DNA of 64,000 nucleotides, taken from assembly GCA_043228905.1 (NCBI GenBank), contig JBHGNT010000032.1, positions 248,001 through 312,000 of the forward strand, written 5' to 3'. Source of the DNA: Azolla caroliniana. Lineage: Eukaryota > Plantae > Polypodiophyta. The notes beneath the pieces were generated by a model. The model was not told where the DNA came from. It saw only the letters and a list, made by a program, of their open reading frames with translations, and made no database searches. The translations under genes and the position numbers were made by a program. Shown here in pieces: positions 1 through 15,000 of the stretch. Numbering within the stretch: the first letter of the stretch is position 1; every line of letters begins with the position of its first letter.

Positions 1-3000
1 ATTTTAATTTACTCAAGGGCTGTTCTTAACTCACTCCTCAAATTTGCTATTTTCGTCATGTCTCTCGACCTGAGTTTCAAAATCTTGATTTTTTAATTCC
101 ATATCAAAGCTCGCGTTGTTGGCTTCGATTCGCATGTTTGAACACAAAAATCCGATATCACACGAGCCAGGTATGAACATTTTAATTTACTCAAGGGCTC
201 CTCTCAACTCCCTCCTCAAGTTTGCTATTTTCGTCATGTCTCTCGACCTGGGTTTCAATATCTTGATTTTTTAATTCCATATGATAGCTAGCGTTGTTGG
301 CTTCGATTCGCATGTTTGAACACAAAAATCCGATATCACACGAGCCAGGTATGAACATTTTAATTTACTCAAGGGCTCCTCTCAACTCCCTCCTCAAGTT
401 TGCTATTTTCGTCATGTCTCTCGACCTGAGTTTCAAAATCTTGATTTTTTAATTCCATATCATAGCTAGCGTTTCAAGCTTCGATTTGCATGTTTGAACA
501 CAAAAATCCGATATCACACGAGCCAGGTATGAACATTTTAATTTACTCAAGGGCTCCTCTCAACTCCCTCCTCAAGTTTGCTATTTTCGTCATGTCTCTC
601 GACCTGAGTTTCAAAATCTTGATTTTTTAATTCCATATCATACCTCACGTAGTTGGCTTCGATTCGCATGTTTGAACACAAAAATCCGATATCACACGAG
701 CCAGGTATGAACATTTTAATTACTTAAGGGCTCCTCTCAACTCCCTCCTCAAGTTTGCTATTTTCGTCATGTCTCTCGACCTGAGTTTCAAAATCTTGAT
801 TTTTTAATTCCATATCATACCTCACGTAGTTGGCTTCGATTCGCATGTTTGAACACAAAAATCCGATATCACACGAGCCAGGTATAAACATTTTAATTTA
901 CTCAAGGGCTCCTCTCAACTCCCTCCTCAAGTTTGCTATTTTCGTCATGTATCTCGACCTGAGTTTGAAATTCTTGATTTTTTAATTCCATATCATAGCT
1001 AGCGTTGTTAGCTTCGATTTGCATGTTTGAACACAAAAATCCGATATCACACGACCCAGGTATGAACATTTTAATTTACTCAAGGGCTGTTCTCAACTCA
1101 CTCCTCAAATTTGCTATTTTCGTCATGTCTCTCGACCTGAGTTTCAAAATCTTGATTTTTTAATTCCATATCATAGCTCGCGTTGTTGGCTTCGATTCGC
1201 ATGTTTGAACACAAAAATCCGATATCACACGAGCCAGGTATGAACATTTTAATTTACTCAAGGGCTGTTCTCAACTCCGTCCTCAAGTTTGCTATTTTCG
1301 TCATGTCTCTCGACCTGGGTTTCAAAATCTTGATTTTTTAATTGCATATGATAGCTAGCGTTGTTGGCTTCGATTTGCATGTTTGAACACAAAAATCCGA
1401 TATCACACGAGCCAGATATGAACATTTTAATTTACTCAAGGGCTCCTCTCAACTCCCTCCTCAAGTTTGCTATTTTCGTCATGTCTCTCGACCTGAGTTT
1501 CAAAATCTTGATTTTTTAATTCCATATCATAGCTAGCGTTTCAAGCTTCGATTTGCATGTTTGAACACAAAAATCCGATATCACACGAGCCAGGTATGAA
1601 CATTTTAATTACTTAAGGGCTCCTCTCAACTCCCTCCTCAAGTTTGCTATTTTCGTCATGTCTCTCGACCTGAGTTTCAAAATCTTGATTTTTTAATTCC
1701 ATATCATACCTCACGTAGTTGGCTTCGATTCGCATGTTTGAACACAAAAATCCCTCCTCTAGTTTGCTATTTTCGTCATGTCTCTCGACCTGAGTTTGAA
1801 ATTCTTGATTTTTTAATTCCATACCATAGCTAGCGTTGTTAGCTTCGATTTGCATGTTTGAACACAAAAATCCGATATCACACGAGCCAGGTATGAACAT
1901 TTTAATTTACTCAAGGGCTCCTCTCAACTCCCTCCTCAAGTTTGCTATTTTCGTCATGTATCTCGACCTGAGTTTGAAATTCTTGATTTTTTAATTCCAT
2001 ATCATAGCTAGCGTTGTTAGCTTCGATTTGCATGTTTGAACACAAAAATCCGATATCACACGACCCAGGTATGAACATTTTAATCTACTCAAGGGCTCCT
2101 CTCAACTCCCTCCTCAAGTTTGCTATTTTCGTCATGTCTCTCGACCTGAGTTTCAAAATCTTGATTTTTTAATTCCATATCATACCTCACGTAGTTGGCT
2201 TCGATTCGCATGTTTGAACACAAAAATCCGATATCACACGAGCCAGGTATGAACATTTTAATTACTTAAGGGCTCCTCTCAACTCCCTCCTCAAGTTTGC
2301 TATTTTCGTCATGTCTCTCGACCTGAGTTTGAAATTCTTGATTTTTTAATTCCATATCATAGCTAGCGTTGTTAGCTTCGATTTGCATGTTTGAACACAA
2401 AAATCCGATATCACACGACCCAGGTATGAACATTTTAATTTACTCAAGGGCTCCTCTCAACTCCCTCCTCAAGTTTGCTATTTTCGTCATGTCTCTCGAC
2501 CTGAGTTTCAAAATCTTGATTTTTTAATTCCATATCATACCTCACGTAGTTGGCTTCGATTCGCATGTTTGAACACAAAAATCCGATATCACACGAGCCA
2601 GGTATGAACATTTTAATTACTTAAGGGCTGTTCTCAACTCCCTCCTCAAGTTTGCTATTTTCGTCATGTCTCTCGACCTGGGTTTCAATATCTTGATTTT
2701 TTAATTCCATATGATAGCTAGCGTTGTTGGCTTCGATTCGCATGTTTGAACACAAAAATCCGATATCACACGAGCCAGGTATGAACATTTTAATTTACTC
2801 AAGGGCTCCTCTCAACTCCCTCCTCAAGTTTGCTATTTTCGTCATGTCTCTCGACCTGGGTTTCAATATCTTGATTTTTTAATTCCATATGATAGCTAGC
2901 GTTGTTGGCTTCGATTCGCATGTTTGAACACAAAAATCCGATATCACACGAGCCAGGTATGAACATTTTAATTTACTCAAGGGCTCCTCTCAACTCCCTC

Positions 3001-6000
3001 CTCAAGTTTGCTATTTTCGTCATGTCTCTCGACCTGAGTTTCAAAATCTTGATTTTTTAATTCCATATCATAGCTAGCGTTTCAAGCTTCGATTTGCATG
3101 TTTGAACACAAAAATCCGATATCACACGAGCCAGGTATGAACATTTTAATTTACGCAAGGGCTCCTCTCAACTCCCTCCTCAAGTTTGCTATTTTCGTCA
3201 TGTCTCTCGACCTGAGTTTCAAAATCTTGATTTTTTAATTCCATATCATACCTCACGTAGTTGGCTTCGATTCGCATGTTTGAACACAAAAATCCGATAT
3301 CACACGAGCCAGGTATGAACATTTTAATTTACTCAAGGGCTCCTCTCAACTCCCTCCTCAAGTTTGCTATTTTCGTCATGTCTCTCGACCTGAGTTTCAA
3401 AATCTTGATTTTTTAATTCCATATCATACCTCACGTAGTTGGCTTCGATTCGCATGTTTGAACACAAAAATCCGATATCACACGAGCCAGGTATGAACAT
3501 TTTAATTTACTCAAGGGCTCCTCTCAACTCCCTCCTCAAGTTTGCTATTTTCGTCATGTATCTTGACCTGAGTTTGAAATTCTTGATTTTTTAATTCCAT
3601 ATCATAGCTAGCGTTGTTAGCTTCGATTTGCATGTTTGAACACAAAAATCCGATATCACACGACCCAGGTATGAACATTTTAATTTACTCAAGGGCTGTT
3701 CTCAACTCACTCCTCAAATTTGCTATTTTCGTCATGTCTCTCGACCTGAGTTTCAAAATCTTGATTTTTTAATTCCATATCATAGCTCGCGTTGTTGGCT
3801 TCGATTCGCATGTTTGAACACAAAAATCCGATATCACACGAGCCAGGTATGAACATTTTAATTTACTGAAGGGCTCCTCTCAACTCCCTCCTCAAGTTTG
3901 CTATTTTCGTCATGTATCTCGACCTGAGTTTGAAATTCTTAATTTTTTAATTCCATATCATAGCTAGCGTTGTTAGCTTCGATTTGCATGTTTGAACACA
4001 AAAATCCGATATCACACGACCCAGGTATGAACATTTTAATTTACTCAAGGGCTGTTCTTAACTCACTCCTCAAATTTGCTATTTTCGTCATGTCTCTCGA
4101 CCTGAGTTTCAAAATCTTGATTTTTTAATTCCATATCAAAGCTCGCGTTGTTGGCTTCGATTCGCATGTTTGAACACAAAAATCCGATATCACACGAGCC
4201 AGGTATGAACATTTTAATTTACTCAAGGGCTCCTCTCAACTCCCTCCTCAAGTTTGCTATTTTCGTCATGTCTCTCGACCTGGGTTTCAATATCTTGATT
4301 TTTTAATTCCATATGATAGCTAGCGTTGTTGGCTTCGATTCGCATGTTTGAACACAAAAATCCGATATCACACGAGCCAGGTATGAACATTTTAATTACT
4401 TAAGGGCTCCTCTCAACTCCCTCCTCAAGTTTGCTATTTTCGTCATGTCTCTCGACCTGAGTTTCAAAATCTTGATTTTTTAATTCCATATCATAGCTAG
4501 CGTTTCAAGCTTCGATTTGCATGTTTGAACACAAAAATCCGATATCACACGAGCCAGGTATGAACATTTTAATTTACTCAAGGGCTCCTCTCAACTCCCT
4601 CCTCAAGTTTGCTATTTTCGTCATGTCTCTCGACCTGAGTTTCAAAATCTTGATTTTTTAATTCCATATCATACCTCACGTAGTTGGCTTCGATTCGCAT
4701 GTTTGAACACAAAAATCCGATATCACACGAGCCAGGTATGAACATTTTAATTACTTAAGGGCTCCTCTCAACTCCCTCCTCAAGTTTGCTATTTTCGTCA
4801 TGTCTCTCGACCTGAGTTTGAAATTCTTGATTTTTTAATTCCATATCATAGCTAGCGTTGTTAGCTTCGATTTGCATGTTTGAACACAAAAATCCGATAT
4901 CACACGACCCAGGTATGAACATTTTAATTTACGCAAGGGCTCCTCTCAACTCCCTCCTCAAGTTTGCTATTTTCGTCATGTCTCTCGACCTGAGTTTCAA
5001 AATCTTGATTTTTTAATTCCATATCATACCTCACGTAGTTGGCTTCGATTTGCATGTTTGAACACAAAAATCCGATATCACACGAGCCAGGTATGAACAT
5101 TTTAATTTACTCAAGGGCTCCTCTCAACTCCCTCCTCAAGTTTGCTATTTTCGTCATGTATCTCGACCTGAGTTTGAAATTCTTGATTTTTTAATTCCAT
5201 ATCATAGCTAGCGTTGTTAGCTTCGATTTGCATGTTTGAACACAAAAATCCGATATCACACGAGCCAGGTATGAACATTTTAATCTACTCAAGGGCTCCT
5301 CTCAACTCCCTCCTCTAGTTTGCTATTTTCGTCATGTCTCTCGACCTGACTTTGAAATTCTTGATTTTTTAATTCCATATCATAGCTAGCGTTGTTAGCT
5401 TCGATTTGCATGTTTGAACACAAAAATCCGATATCACACGAGCCAGGTATGAACATTTTAATTTACTCAAGGGCTCCTCTCAACTCCCTCCTCAAGTTTG
5501 CTATTTTCGTCATGTATCTCGACCTGAGTTTGAAATTCTTGATTTTTTAATTCCATATAATAGCTAGCGTTGTTAGCTTCGATTTGCATGTTTGAACACA
5601 AAAATCCGATATCACACGACCCAGGTATGAACATTTTAATCTACTCAAGGGCTCCTCTCAACTCCCTCCTCAAGTTTGCTATTTTCGTCATGTATCTCGA
5701 CCTAAGTTTGAAATTCTTGATTTTTTAATTCCATATCATAGCTAGCGTTGTTAGCTTCGATTTGCATGTTTAAACACAAAAATCCGATATCACACGACCC
5801 AGGTATGAACATTTTAATCTACTCAAGGGCTCCTCTCAACTCCCTCCTCAAGTTTGCTATTTTCGTCATGTCTCTCGACCTGAGTTTCAAAATCTTGATT
5901 TTTTAATTCCATATCATAGCTAGCGTTTCAAGCTTCGATTTGCATGTTTGAACACAAAAATCCGATATCACACGAGCCAGGTATGAACATTTTAATTTAC

Positions 6001-9000
6001 TCAAGGGCTCCTCTCAACTCCCTCCTCAAGTTTGCTATTTTCGTCATGTCTCTCGACCTGAGTTTCAAAATCTTGATTTTTTAATTCCATATCATAGCTA
6101 GCGTTTCAAGCTTCGATTTGCATGTTTGAACACAAAAATCGGATATCACACGAGCCAGGTATGAACATTTTAATTTACTCAAGGGCTCCTCTCAACTCCC
6201 TCCTCAAGTTTGCTATTTTCGTCATGTCTCTCGACCTGAGTTTCAAAATCTTGATTTTTTAATTCCATATCATACCTCAGGTAGTTGGCTTCGATTCGCA
6301 TGTTTGAACACAAAAATCCGATATCACACGAGCCAGGTATGAACATTTTAATTTACTCAAGGGCTCCTCTCAACTTCCTCCTCAAGTTTGCTATTTTCGT
6401 CATGTATCTCGACCTGAGTTTGAAATTCTTGATTTTTTAATTCCATATCATAGCTAGCGTTGTTAGCTTCGATTTGCATGTTTGAACACAAAAATCCGAT
6501 ATCACACGACCCAGGTATGAACATTTTAATTTACTCAAGGGCTGTTCTCAACTCACTCCTCAAATTTGCTATTTTCGTCATGTCTCTCGACCTGAGTTTC
6601 AAAATCTTGATTTTTTAATTCCATATCATAGCTCGCGTTGTTGGCTTCGATTCGCATGTTTGAACACAAAAATCCGATATCACACGAGCCAGGTATGAAC
6701 ATTTTAATTTACTCAAGGGCTGTTCTCAACTCCGTCCTCAAGTTTGCTATTTTCGTCATGTCTCTCGACCTGGGTTTCAAAATCTTGATTTTTTAATTGC
6801 ATATGATAGCTAGCGTTGTTGGCTTCGATTTGCATGTTTGAACACAAAAATCCGATATCACACGAGCCAGGTATGAACATTTTAATTTACTCAAGGGCTC
6901 CTCTCAACTCCCTCCTCAAGTTTGCTATTTTCGTCATGTCTCTCGACCTGAGTTTCAAAAACTTGATTTTTTAATTCCATATCATAGCTAGCGTTTCAAG
7001 CTTCGATTTGCATGTTAGAACACAAAAATCCGATATCATACGAGCCAGGTATGAACATTTTAATTACTTAAGGGCTCCTCTCAACTCCCTCCTCAAGTTT
7101 GCTATTTTCGTCATGTCTCTCGACCTGAGTTTCAAAATCTTGATTTTTTAATTCCATATCATAGCTCGCGTTGTTAGCTTTGATTCGCATGTTTGAACAC
7201 AAAAATCCGATATCATACGAGCCAGGTATGAACATTTTAATTTACTCAAGGGCTGTTCTCAACTCACTCCTCAAATTTGGTAATTTCGTCATGTCTCTCG
7301 ACCTGGGTTTCAAAATCTTGATTTTTTAATTCCATATCATAGCTAGCGTTGTTGGCTTCGATTCGCATGTTTGAACACAAAAATCCGATATCACACGAGC
7401 CAGGTATGAACATTTTAATTTACTCAAGGGCTCCTCTCAACTCCCTCCTCAAGTTTGCTATTTTCGTCATGTCTCTCGACCTGAGTTTCAAAATCTTGAT
7501 TTTTTAATTCCATATCATAGCTAGCGTTGTTGGCTTCGATTCGCATGTTTGAACACAAAAATCCGATATCACACGAGCCAGGTATGAACATTTTAATTTA
7601 CTGAAGGGCTCCTCTCAACTCCCTCCTCAAGTTTGCTATTTTCGTCATGTCTCTCGACCTGAGTTTGAAATTCTTGATTTTTTAATTCCATATCATAGCT
7701 AGCGTCGTTAGCTTCGATTTGCATGTTTGAACACAAAAATCCGATATCACACGACCCAGGTATGAACATTTTAATTTACTCAAGGGCTGTTCTTAACTCA
7801 CTCCTCAAATTTGCTATTTTCGTCATGTCTCTCGACCTGAGTTTCAAAATCTTGATTTTTTAATTCCATATCAAAGCTCGCGTTGTTGGCTTCGATTCGC
7901 ATGTTTGAACACAAAAATCCGATATCACACGAGCCAGGTATGAACATTTTAATTTACTCAAGGGCTCCTCTCAACTCCCTCCTCAAATTTGCTATTTTCG
8001 TCATGTCTCTCGACCTGGGTTTCAATATCTTGATTTTTTAATTCCATATGATAGCTAGCGTTGTTGGCTTCGATTCGCATGTTTGAACACAAAAATCCGA
8101 TATCACACGAGCCAGGTATGAACATTTTAATTTACTCAAGGGCTCCTCTCAACTCCCTCCTCAAGTTTGCTATTTTCGTCATGTCTCTCGACCTGAGTTT
8201 CAAAATCTTGATTTTTTAATTCCATATCATAGCTAGCGTTTCAAGCTTCGATTTGCATGTTTGAACACAAAAATCCGATATCACACGAGCCAGGTATGAA
8301 CATTTTAATTTACTCAAGGGCTCCTCTCAACTCCCTCCTCAAGTTTGCTATTTTCGTCATGTCTCTCGACCTGAGTTTCAAAATCTTGATTTTTTAATTC
8401 CATATCATACCTCACGTAGTTGGCTTCGATTCGCATGTTTGAACACAAAAATCCGATATCACACGAGCCAGGTATGAACATTTTAATTACTTAAGGGCTC
8501 CTCTCAACTCCCTCCTCAAGTTTGCTATTTTCGTCATGTCTCTCGACCTGAGTTTGAAATTCTTGATTTTTTAATTCCATATCATAGCTAGCGTTGTTAG
8601 CTTCGATTTGCATGTTTGAACACAAAAATCCGATATCACACGAGCCAGGTATGAACATTTTAATTTACTCAAGGGCTCCTCTCAACTCCCTCCTCAAGTT
8701 TGCTATTTTCGTCATGTCTCTCGACCTGAGTTTCAAAATCTTGATTTTTTAATTCCATATCATACCTCACGTAGTTGGCTTCGATTCGCATGTTTGAACA
8801 CAAAAATCCGATATCACACGAGCCAGGTATAAACATTTTAATTTACTCAAGGGCTCCTCTCAACTTCCTCCTCAAGTTTGCTATTTTCGTCATGTATCTC
8901 GACCTGAGTTTGAAATTCTTGATTTTTTAATTCCATATCATAGCTAGCGTTGTTAGCTTCGATTTGCATGTTTGAACACAAAAATCCGATATCACACGAC

Positions 9001-12000
9001 CCAGGTATGAACATTTTAATTTACTCAAGGGCTGTTCTCAACTCACTCCTCAAATTTGCTATTTTCGTCATGTCTCTCGACCTGAGTTTCAAAATCTTGA
9101 TTTTTTAATTCCATATCATAGCTCGCGTTGTTGGCTTCGATTCGCATGTTTGAACACAAAAATCCGATATCACACGAGCCAGGTATGAACATTTTAATTT
9201 ACTCAAGGGCTGTTCTCAACTCCGTCCTCAAGTTTGCTATTTTCGTCATGTCTCTCGACCTGGGTTTCAAAATCTTGATTTTTTAATTGCATATGATAGC
9301 TAGCGTTGTTGGCTTCGATTTGCATGTTTGAACACAAAAATCCGATATCACACGAGCCAGATATGAACATTTTAATTTACTCAAGGGCTCCTCTCAACTC
9401 CCTCCTCAAGTTTGCTATTTTCGTCATGTCTCTCGACCTGAGTTTCAAAATCTTGATTTTTTAATTCCATATCATAGCTAGCGTCGTTAGCTTCGATTTG
9501 CATGTTTGAACACAAAAATCCGATATCACACGACCCAGGTATGAACATTTTAATTTACTCAAGGGCTGTTCTTAACTCACTCCTCAAATTTGCTATTTTC
9601 GTCATGTCTCTCGACCTGAGTTTCAAAATCTTGATTTTTTAATTCCATATCAAAGCTCGCGTTGTTGGCTTCGATTCGCATGTTTGAACACAAAAATCCG
9701 ATATCACACGAGCCAGGTATGAACATTTTAATTTACTCAAGGGCTCCTCTCAACTCCCTCCTCAAGTTTGCTATTTTCGTCATGTCTCTCGACCTGGGTT
9801 TCAATATCTTGATTTTTTAATTCCATATGATAGCTAGCGTTGTTGGCTTCGATTCGCATGTTTGAACACAAAAATCCGATATCACACGAGCCAGGTATGA
9901 ACATTTTAATTTACTCAAGGGCTCCTCTCAACTCCCTCCTCAAGTTTGCTATTTTCGTCATGTCTCTCGACCTGAGTTTCAAAATCTTGATTTTTTAATT
10001 CCATATCATAGCTAGCGTTTCAAGCTTCGATTTGCATGTTTGAACACAAAAATCCGATATCACACAAGCCAGGTATGAACATTTTAATTTACTCAAGGGC
10101 TCCTCTCAACTCCCTCCTCAAGTTTGCTATTTTCTTCATGTCTCTCGACCTGAGTTTCAAAATCTTGATTTTTTAATTCCATATCATACCTCACGTAGTT
10201 GGCTTCGATTCGCATGTTTGAACACAAAAATCCGATATCACACGAGCCAGGTATGAACATTTTAATTACTTAAGGGCTCCTCTCAACTCCCTCCTCAAGT
10301 TTGCTATTTTCGTCATGTCTCTCGACCTGAGTTTGAAATTCTTGATTTTTTAATTCCATATCATAGCTAGCGTTGTTAGCTTCGATTTGCATGTTTGAAC
10401 ACAAAAATCCGATATCACACGAGCCAGGTATGAACATTTTAATTTACTCAAGGGCTCCTCTCAACTCCCTCCTCAAGTTTGCTATTTTCGTCATGTCTCT
10501 CGACCTGAGTTTCAAAATCTTGATTTTTTAATTCCATATCATACCTCACGTAGTTGGCTTCGATTCGCATGTTTGAACACAAAAATCCGATATCACACGA
10601 GCTAGGTATGAACATTTTAATTTACTCAAGGGCTCCTCTCAACTCCCTCCTCAAGTTTGCTATTTTCGTCATGTATCTCGACCTGAGTTTGAAATTCTTG
10701 ATTTTTTAATTCCATATCATAGCTAGCGTTGTTAGCTTCGATTTGCATGTTTGAACACAAAAATCCGATATCACACGACCCAGGTATGAACATTTTAATT
10801 TACTCAAGGGCTGTTCTCAACTCACTCCTCAAATTTGCTATTTTCGTCATGTCTCTCGACCTGAGTTTCAAAATCTTGATTTTTTAATTCCATATCATAG
10901 CTCGCGTTGTTGGCTTCGATTCGCATGTTTGAACACAAAAATCCGATATCACACGAGCCAGGTATGAACATTTTAATTTACTCAAGGGCTGTTCTCAACT
11001 CCGTCCTCAAGTTTGCTATTTTCGTCATGTCTCTCGACCTGGGTTTCAAAATCTTGATTTTTTAATTGCATATGATAGCTAGCGTTGTTGGCTTCGATTT
11101 GCATGTTTGAACACAAAAATCCGATATCACACGAGCCAGATATGAACATTTTAATTTACTCAAGGGCTCCTCTCAACTCCCTCCTCAAGTTTGCTAATTT
11201 CGTCATGTCTCTCGACCTGAGTTTCAAAATCTTGATTTTTTATTTCCATATCATAGCTAGCGTCGTTAGCTTCGATTTGCATGTTTGAACACAAAAATCC
11301 GATATCACACGACCCAGGTATGAACATTTTAATTTACTCAAGGGCTGTTCTTAACTCACTCCTCAAATTTGCTATTTTCGTCATGTCTCTCGACCTGAGT
11401 TTCAAAATCTTGATTTTTTAATTCCATATCAAAGCTCGCGTTGTTGGCTTCGATTCGCATGTTTGAACACAAAAATCCGATATCACACGAGCCAGGTATG
11501 AACATTTTAATTTACTCAAGGGCTCCTCTCAACTCCCTCCTCAAGTTTGCTATTTTCGTCATGTCTCTCGACCTGGGTTTCAATATCTTGATTTTTTAAT
11601 TCCATATGATAGCTAGCGTTGTTGGCTTCGATTCGCATGTTTGAACACAAAAATCCGATATCACACGAGCCAGGTATGAACATTTTAATTTACTCAAGGG
11701 CTCCTCTCAACTCCCTCCTCAAGTTTGCTATTTTCGTCATGTCTCTCGACCTGAGTTTCAAAATCTTGATTTTTTAATTCCATATCATAGCTAGCGTTTC
11801 AAGCTTCGATTTGCATGTTTGAACACAAAAATCCGATATCACACGAGCCAGGTATGAACATTTTAATTTACTCAAGGGCTCCTCTCAACTCCCTCCTCAA
11901 GTTTGCTATTTTCGTCATGTCTCTCGACCTGAGTTTCAAAATCTTGATTTTTTAATTCCATATCATAGCTAGCGTTTCAAGCTTCGATTTGCATGTTTGA

Positions 12001-15000
12001 ACACAAAAATCGGATATCACACGAGCCAGGTATGAACATTTTAATTTACTCAAGGGCTCCTCTCAACTCCCTCCTCAAGTTTGCTATTTTCGTCATGTCT
12101 CTCGACCTGAGTTTCAAAATCTTGATTTTTTAATTCCATATCATACCTCAGGTAGTTGGCTTCGATTCGCATGTTTGAACACAAAAATCCGATATCACAC
12201 GAGCCAGGTATGAACATTTTAATTACTTAAGGGCTCCTCTCAACTCCCTCCTCAAGTTTGCTATTTTCGTCATGTCTCTCGACCTGAGTTTGAAATTCTT
12301 GATTTTTTAATTCCATATCATAGCTAGCGTTGTTAGCTTCGATTTGCATGTTTGAACACAAAAATCCGATATCACACGAGCCAGGTATGAACATTTTAAT
12401 TTACTCAAGGGCTGTTCTCAACTCCGTCCTCAAGTTTGCTATTTTCGTCATGTCTCTCGACCTGGGTTTCAAAATCTTGATTTTTTAATTCCATATGATA
12501 GCTAGCGTTGTTGGCTTCGATTCGCATGTTTGAACACAAAAATCCGATATCACACGAGCCAGGTATGAACATTTTAATTTACTCAAGGGCTCCTCTCAAC
12601 TCCCTCCTCAAGTTTGCTATTTTCGTCATGTATCTCGACCTGAGTTTGAAATTCTTGATTTTTTAATTCCATATCATAGCTAGCGTCGTTAGCTTCGATT
12701 TGCATGTTTGAACACAAAAATCCGATATCACACGACCCAGGTATGAACATTTTAATTTACTCAAGGGCTGTTCTTAACTCACTCCTCAAATTTGCTATTT
12801 TCGTCATGTCTCTCGACCTGAGTTTCAAAATCTTGATTTTTTAATTCCATATCAAAGCTCGCGTTGTTGGCTTCGATTCGCATGTTTGAACACAAAAATC
12901 CGATATCACACGAGCCAGGTATGAACATTTTAATTTACTCAAGGGCTCCTCTCAACTCCCTCCTCAAGTTTGCTATTTTCGTCATGTCTCTCGACCTGGG
13001 TTTCAATATCTTGATTTTTTAATTCCATATGATAGCTAGCGTTGTTGGCTTCGATTCGCATGTTTGAACACAAAAATCCGATATCACACGAGCCAGGTAT
13101 GAACATTTTAATTTACTCAAGGGCTCCTCTCAACTCCCTCCTCAAGTTTGCTATTTTCGTCATGTCTCTCGACCTGAGTTTCAAAATCTTGATTTTTTAA
13201 TTCCATATCATAGCTAGCGTTTCAAGCTTCGATTTGCATGTTTGAACACAAAAATCCGATATCACACGAGCCAGGTATGAACATTTTAATTTACTCAAGG
13301 GCTCCTCTCAACTCCCTCCTCAAGTTTGCTATTTTCGTCATGTCTCTCGACCTGAGTTTCAAAATCTTGATTTTTTAATTCCATATCATAGCTAGCGTTT
13401 CAAGCTTCGATTTGCATGTTTGAACACAAAAATCGGATATCACACGAGCCAGGTATGAACATTTTAATTTACTCAAGGGCTCCTCTCAACTCCCTCCTCA
13501 AGTTTGCTATTTTCGTCATGTCTCTCGACCTGAGTTTCAAAATCTTGATTTTTTAATTCCATATCATACCTCAGGTAGTTGGCTTCGATTCGCATGTTTG
13601 AACACAAAAATCCGATATCACACGAGCCAGGTATGAACATTTTAATTACTTAAGGGCTCCTCTCAACTCCCTCCTCAAGTTTGCTATTTTCGTCATGTCT
13701 CTCGACCTGAGTTTGAAATTCTTGATTTTTTAATTCCATATCATAGCTAGCGTTGTTAGCTTCGATTTGCATGTTTGAACACAAAAATCCGATATCACAC
13801 GAGCCAGGTATGAACATTTTAATTTACTCAAGGGCTGTTCTCAACTCCGTCCTCAAGTTTGCTATTTTCGTCATGTCTCTCGACCTGGGTTTCAAAATCT
13901 TGATTTTTTAATTCCATATGATAGCTAGCGTTGTTGGCTTCGATTCGCATGTTTGAACACAAAAATCCGATATCACACGAGCCAGGTATGAACATTTTAA
14001 TTTACTCAAGGGCTCCTCTCAACTCCCTCCTCAAGTTTGCTATTTTCGTCATGTATCTCGACCTGAGTTTGAAATTCTTGATTTTTTAATTCCATATCAT
14101 AGCTAGCGTTGTTAGCTTCGATTTGCATGTTTGAACACAAAAATCCGATATCACACGACCCAGGTATGAACATTTTAATTTACTCAAGGGCTGTTCTCAA
14201 CTCACTCCTCAAATTTGCTATTTTCGTCATGTCTCTCGACCTGAGTTTCAAAATCTTGATTTTTTAATTCCATATCATAGCTCGCGTTGTTGGCTTCGAT
14301 TCGCATGTTTGAACACAAAAATCCGATATCACACGAGCCAGGTATGAACATTTTAATTTACTCAAGGGCTGTTCTCAACTCCGTCCTCAAGTTTGCTATT
14401 TTCGTCATGTCTCTCGACCTGGGTTTCAAAATCTTGATTTTTTAATTGCATATGATAGCTAGCGTTGTTGGCTTCGATTTGCATGTTTGAACACAAAAAT
14501 CCGATATCACACGAGCCAGATATGAACATTTTAATTTACTCAAGGGCTCCTCTCAACTCCCTCCTCAAGTTTGCTAATTTCGTCATGTCTCTCGACCTGA
14601 GTTTCAAAATCTTGATTTTTTATTTCCATATCATAGCTAGCGTCGTTAGCTTCGATTTGCATGTTTGAACACAAAAATCCGATATCACACGACCCAGGTA
14701 TGAACATTTTAATTTACTCAAGGGCTGTTCTTAACTCACTCCTCAAATTTGCTATTTTCGTCATGTCTCTCGACCTGAGTTTCAAAATCTTGATTTTTTA
14801 ATTCCATATCAAAGCTCGCGTTGTTGGCTTCGATTCGCATGTTTGAACACAAAAATCCGATATCACACGAGCCAGGTATGAACATTTTAATTTACTCAAG
14901 GGCTCCTCTCAACTCCCTCCTCAAGTTTGCTATTTTCGTCATGTCTCTCGACCTGGGTTTCAATATCTTGATTTTTTAATTCCATATGATAGCTAGCGTT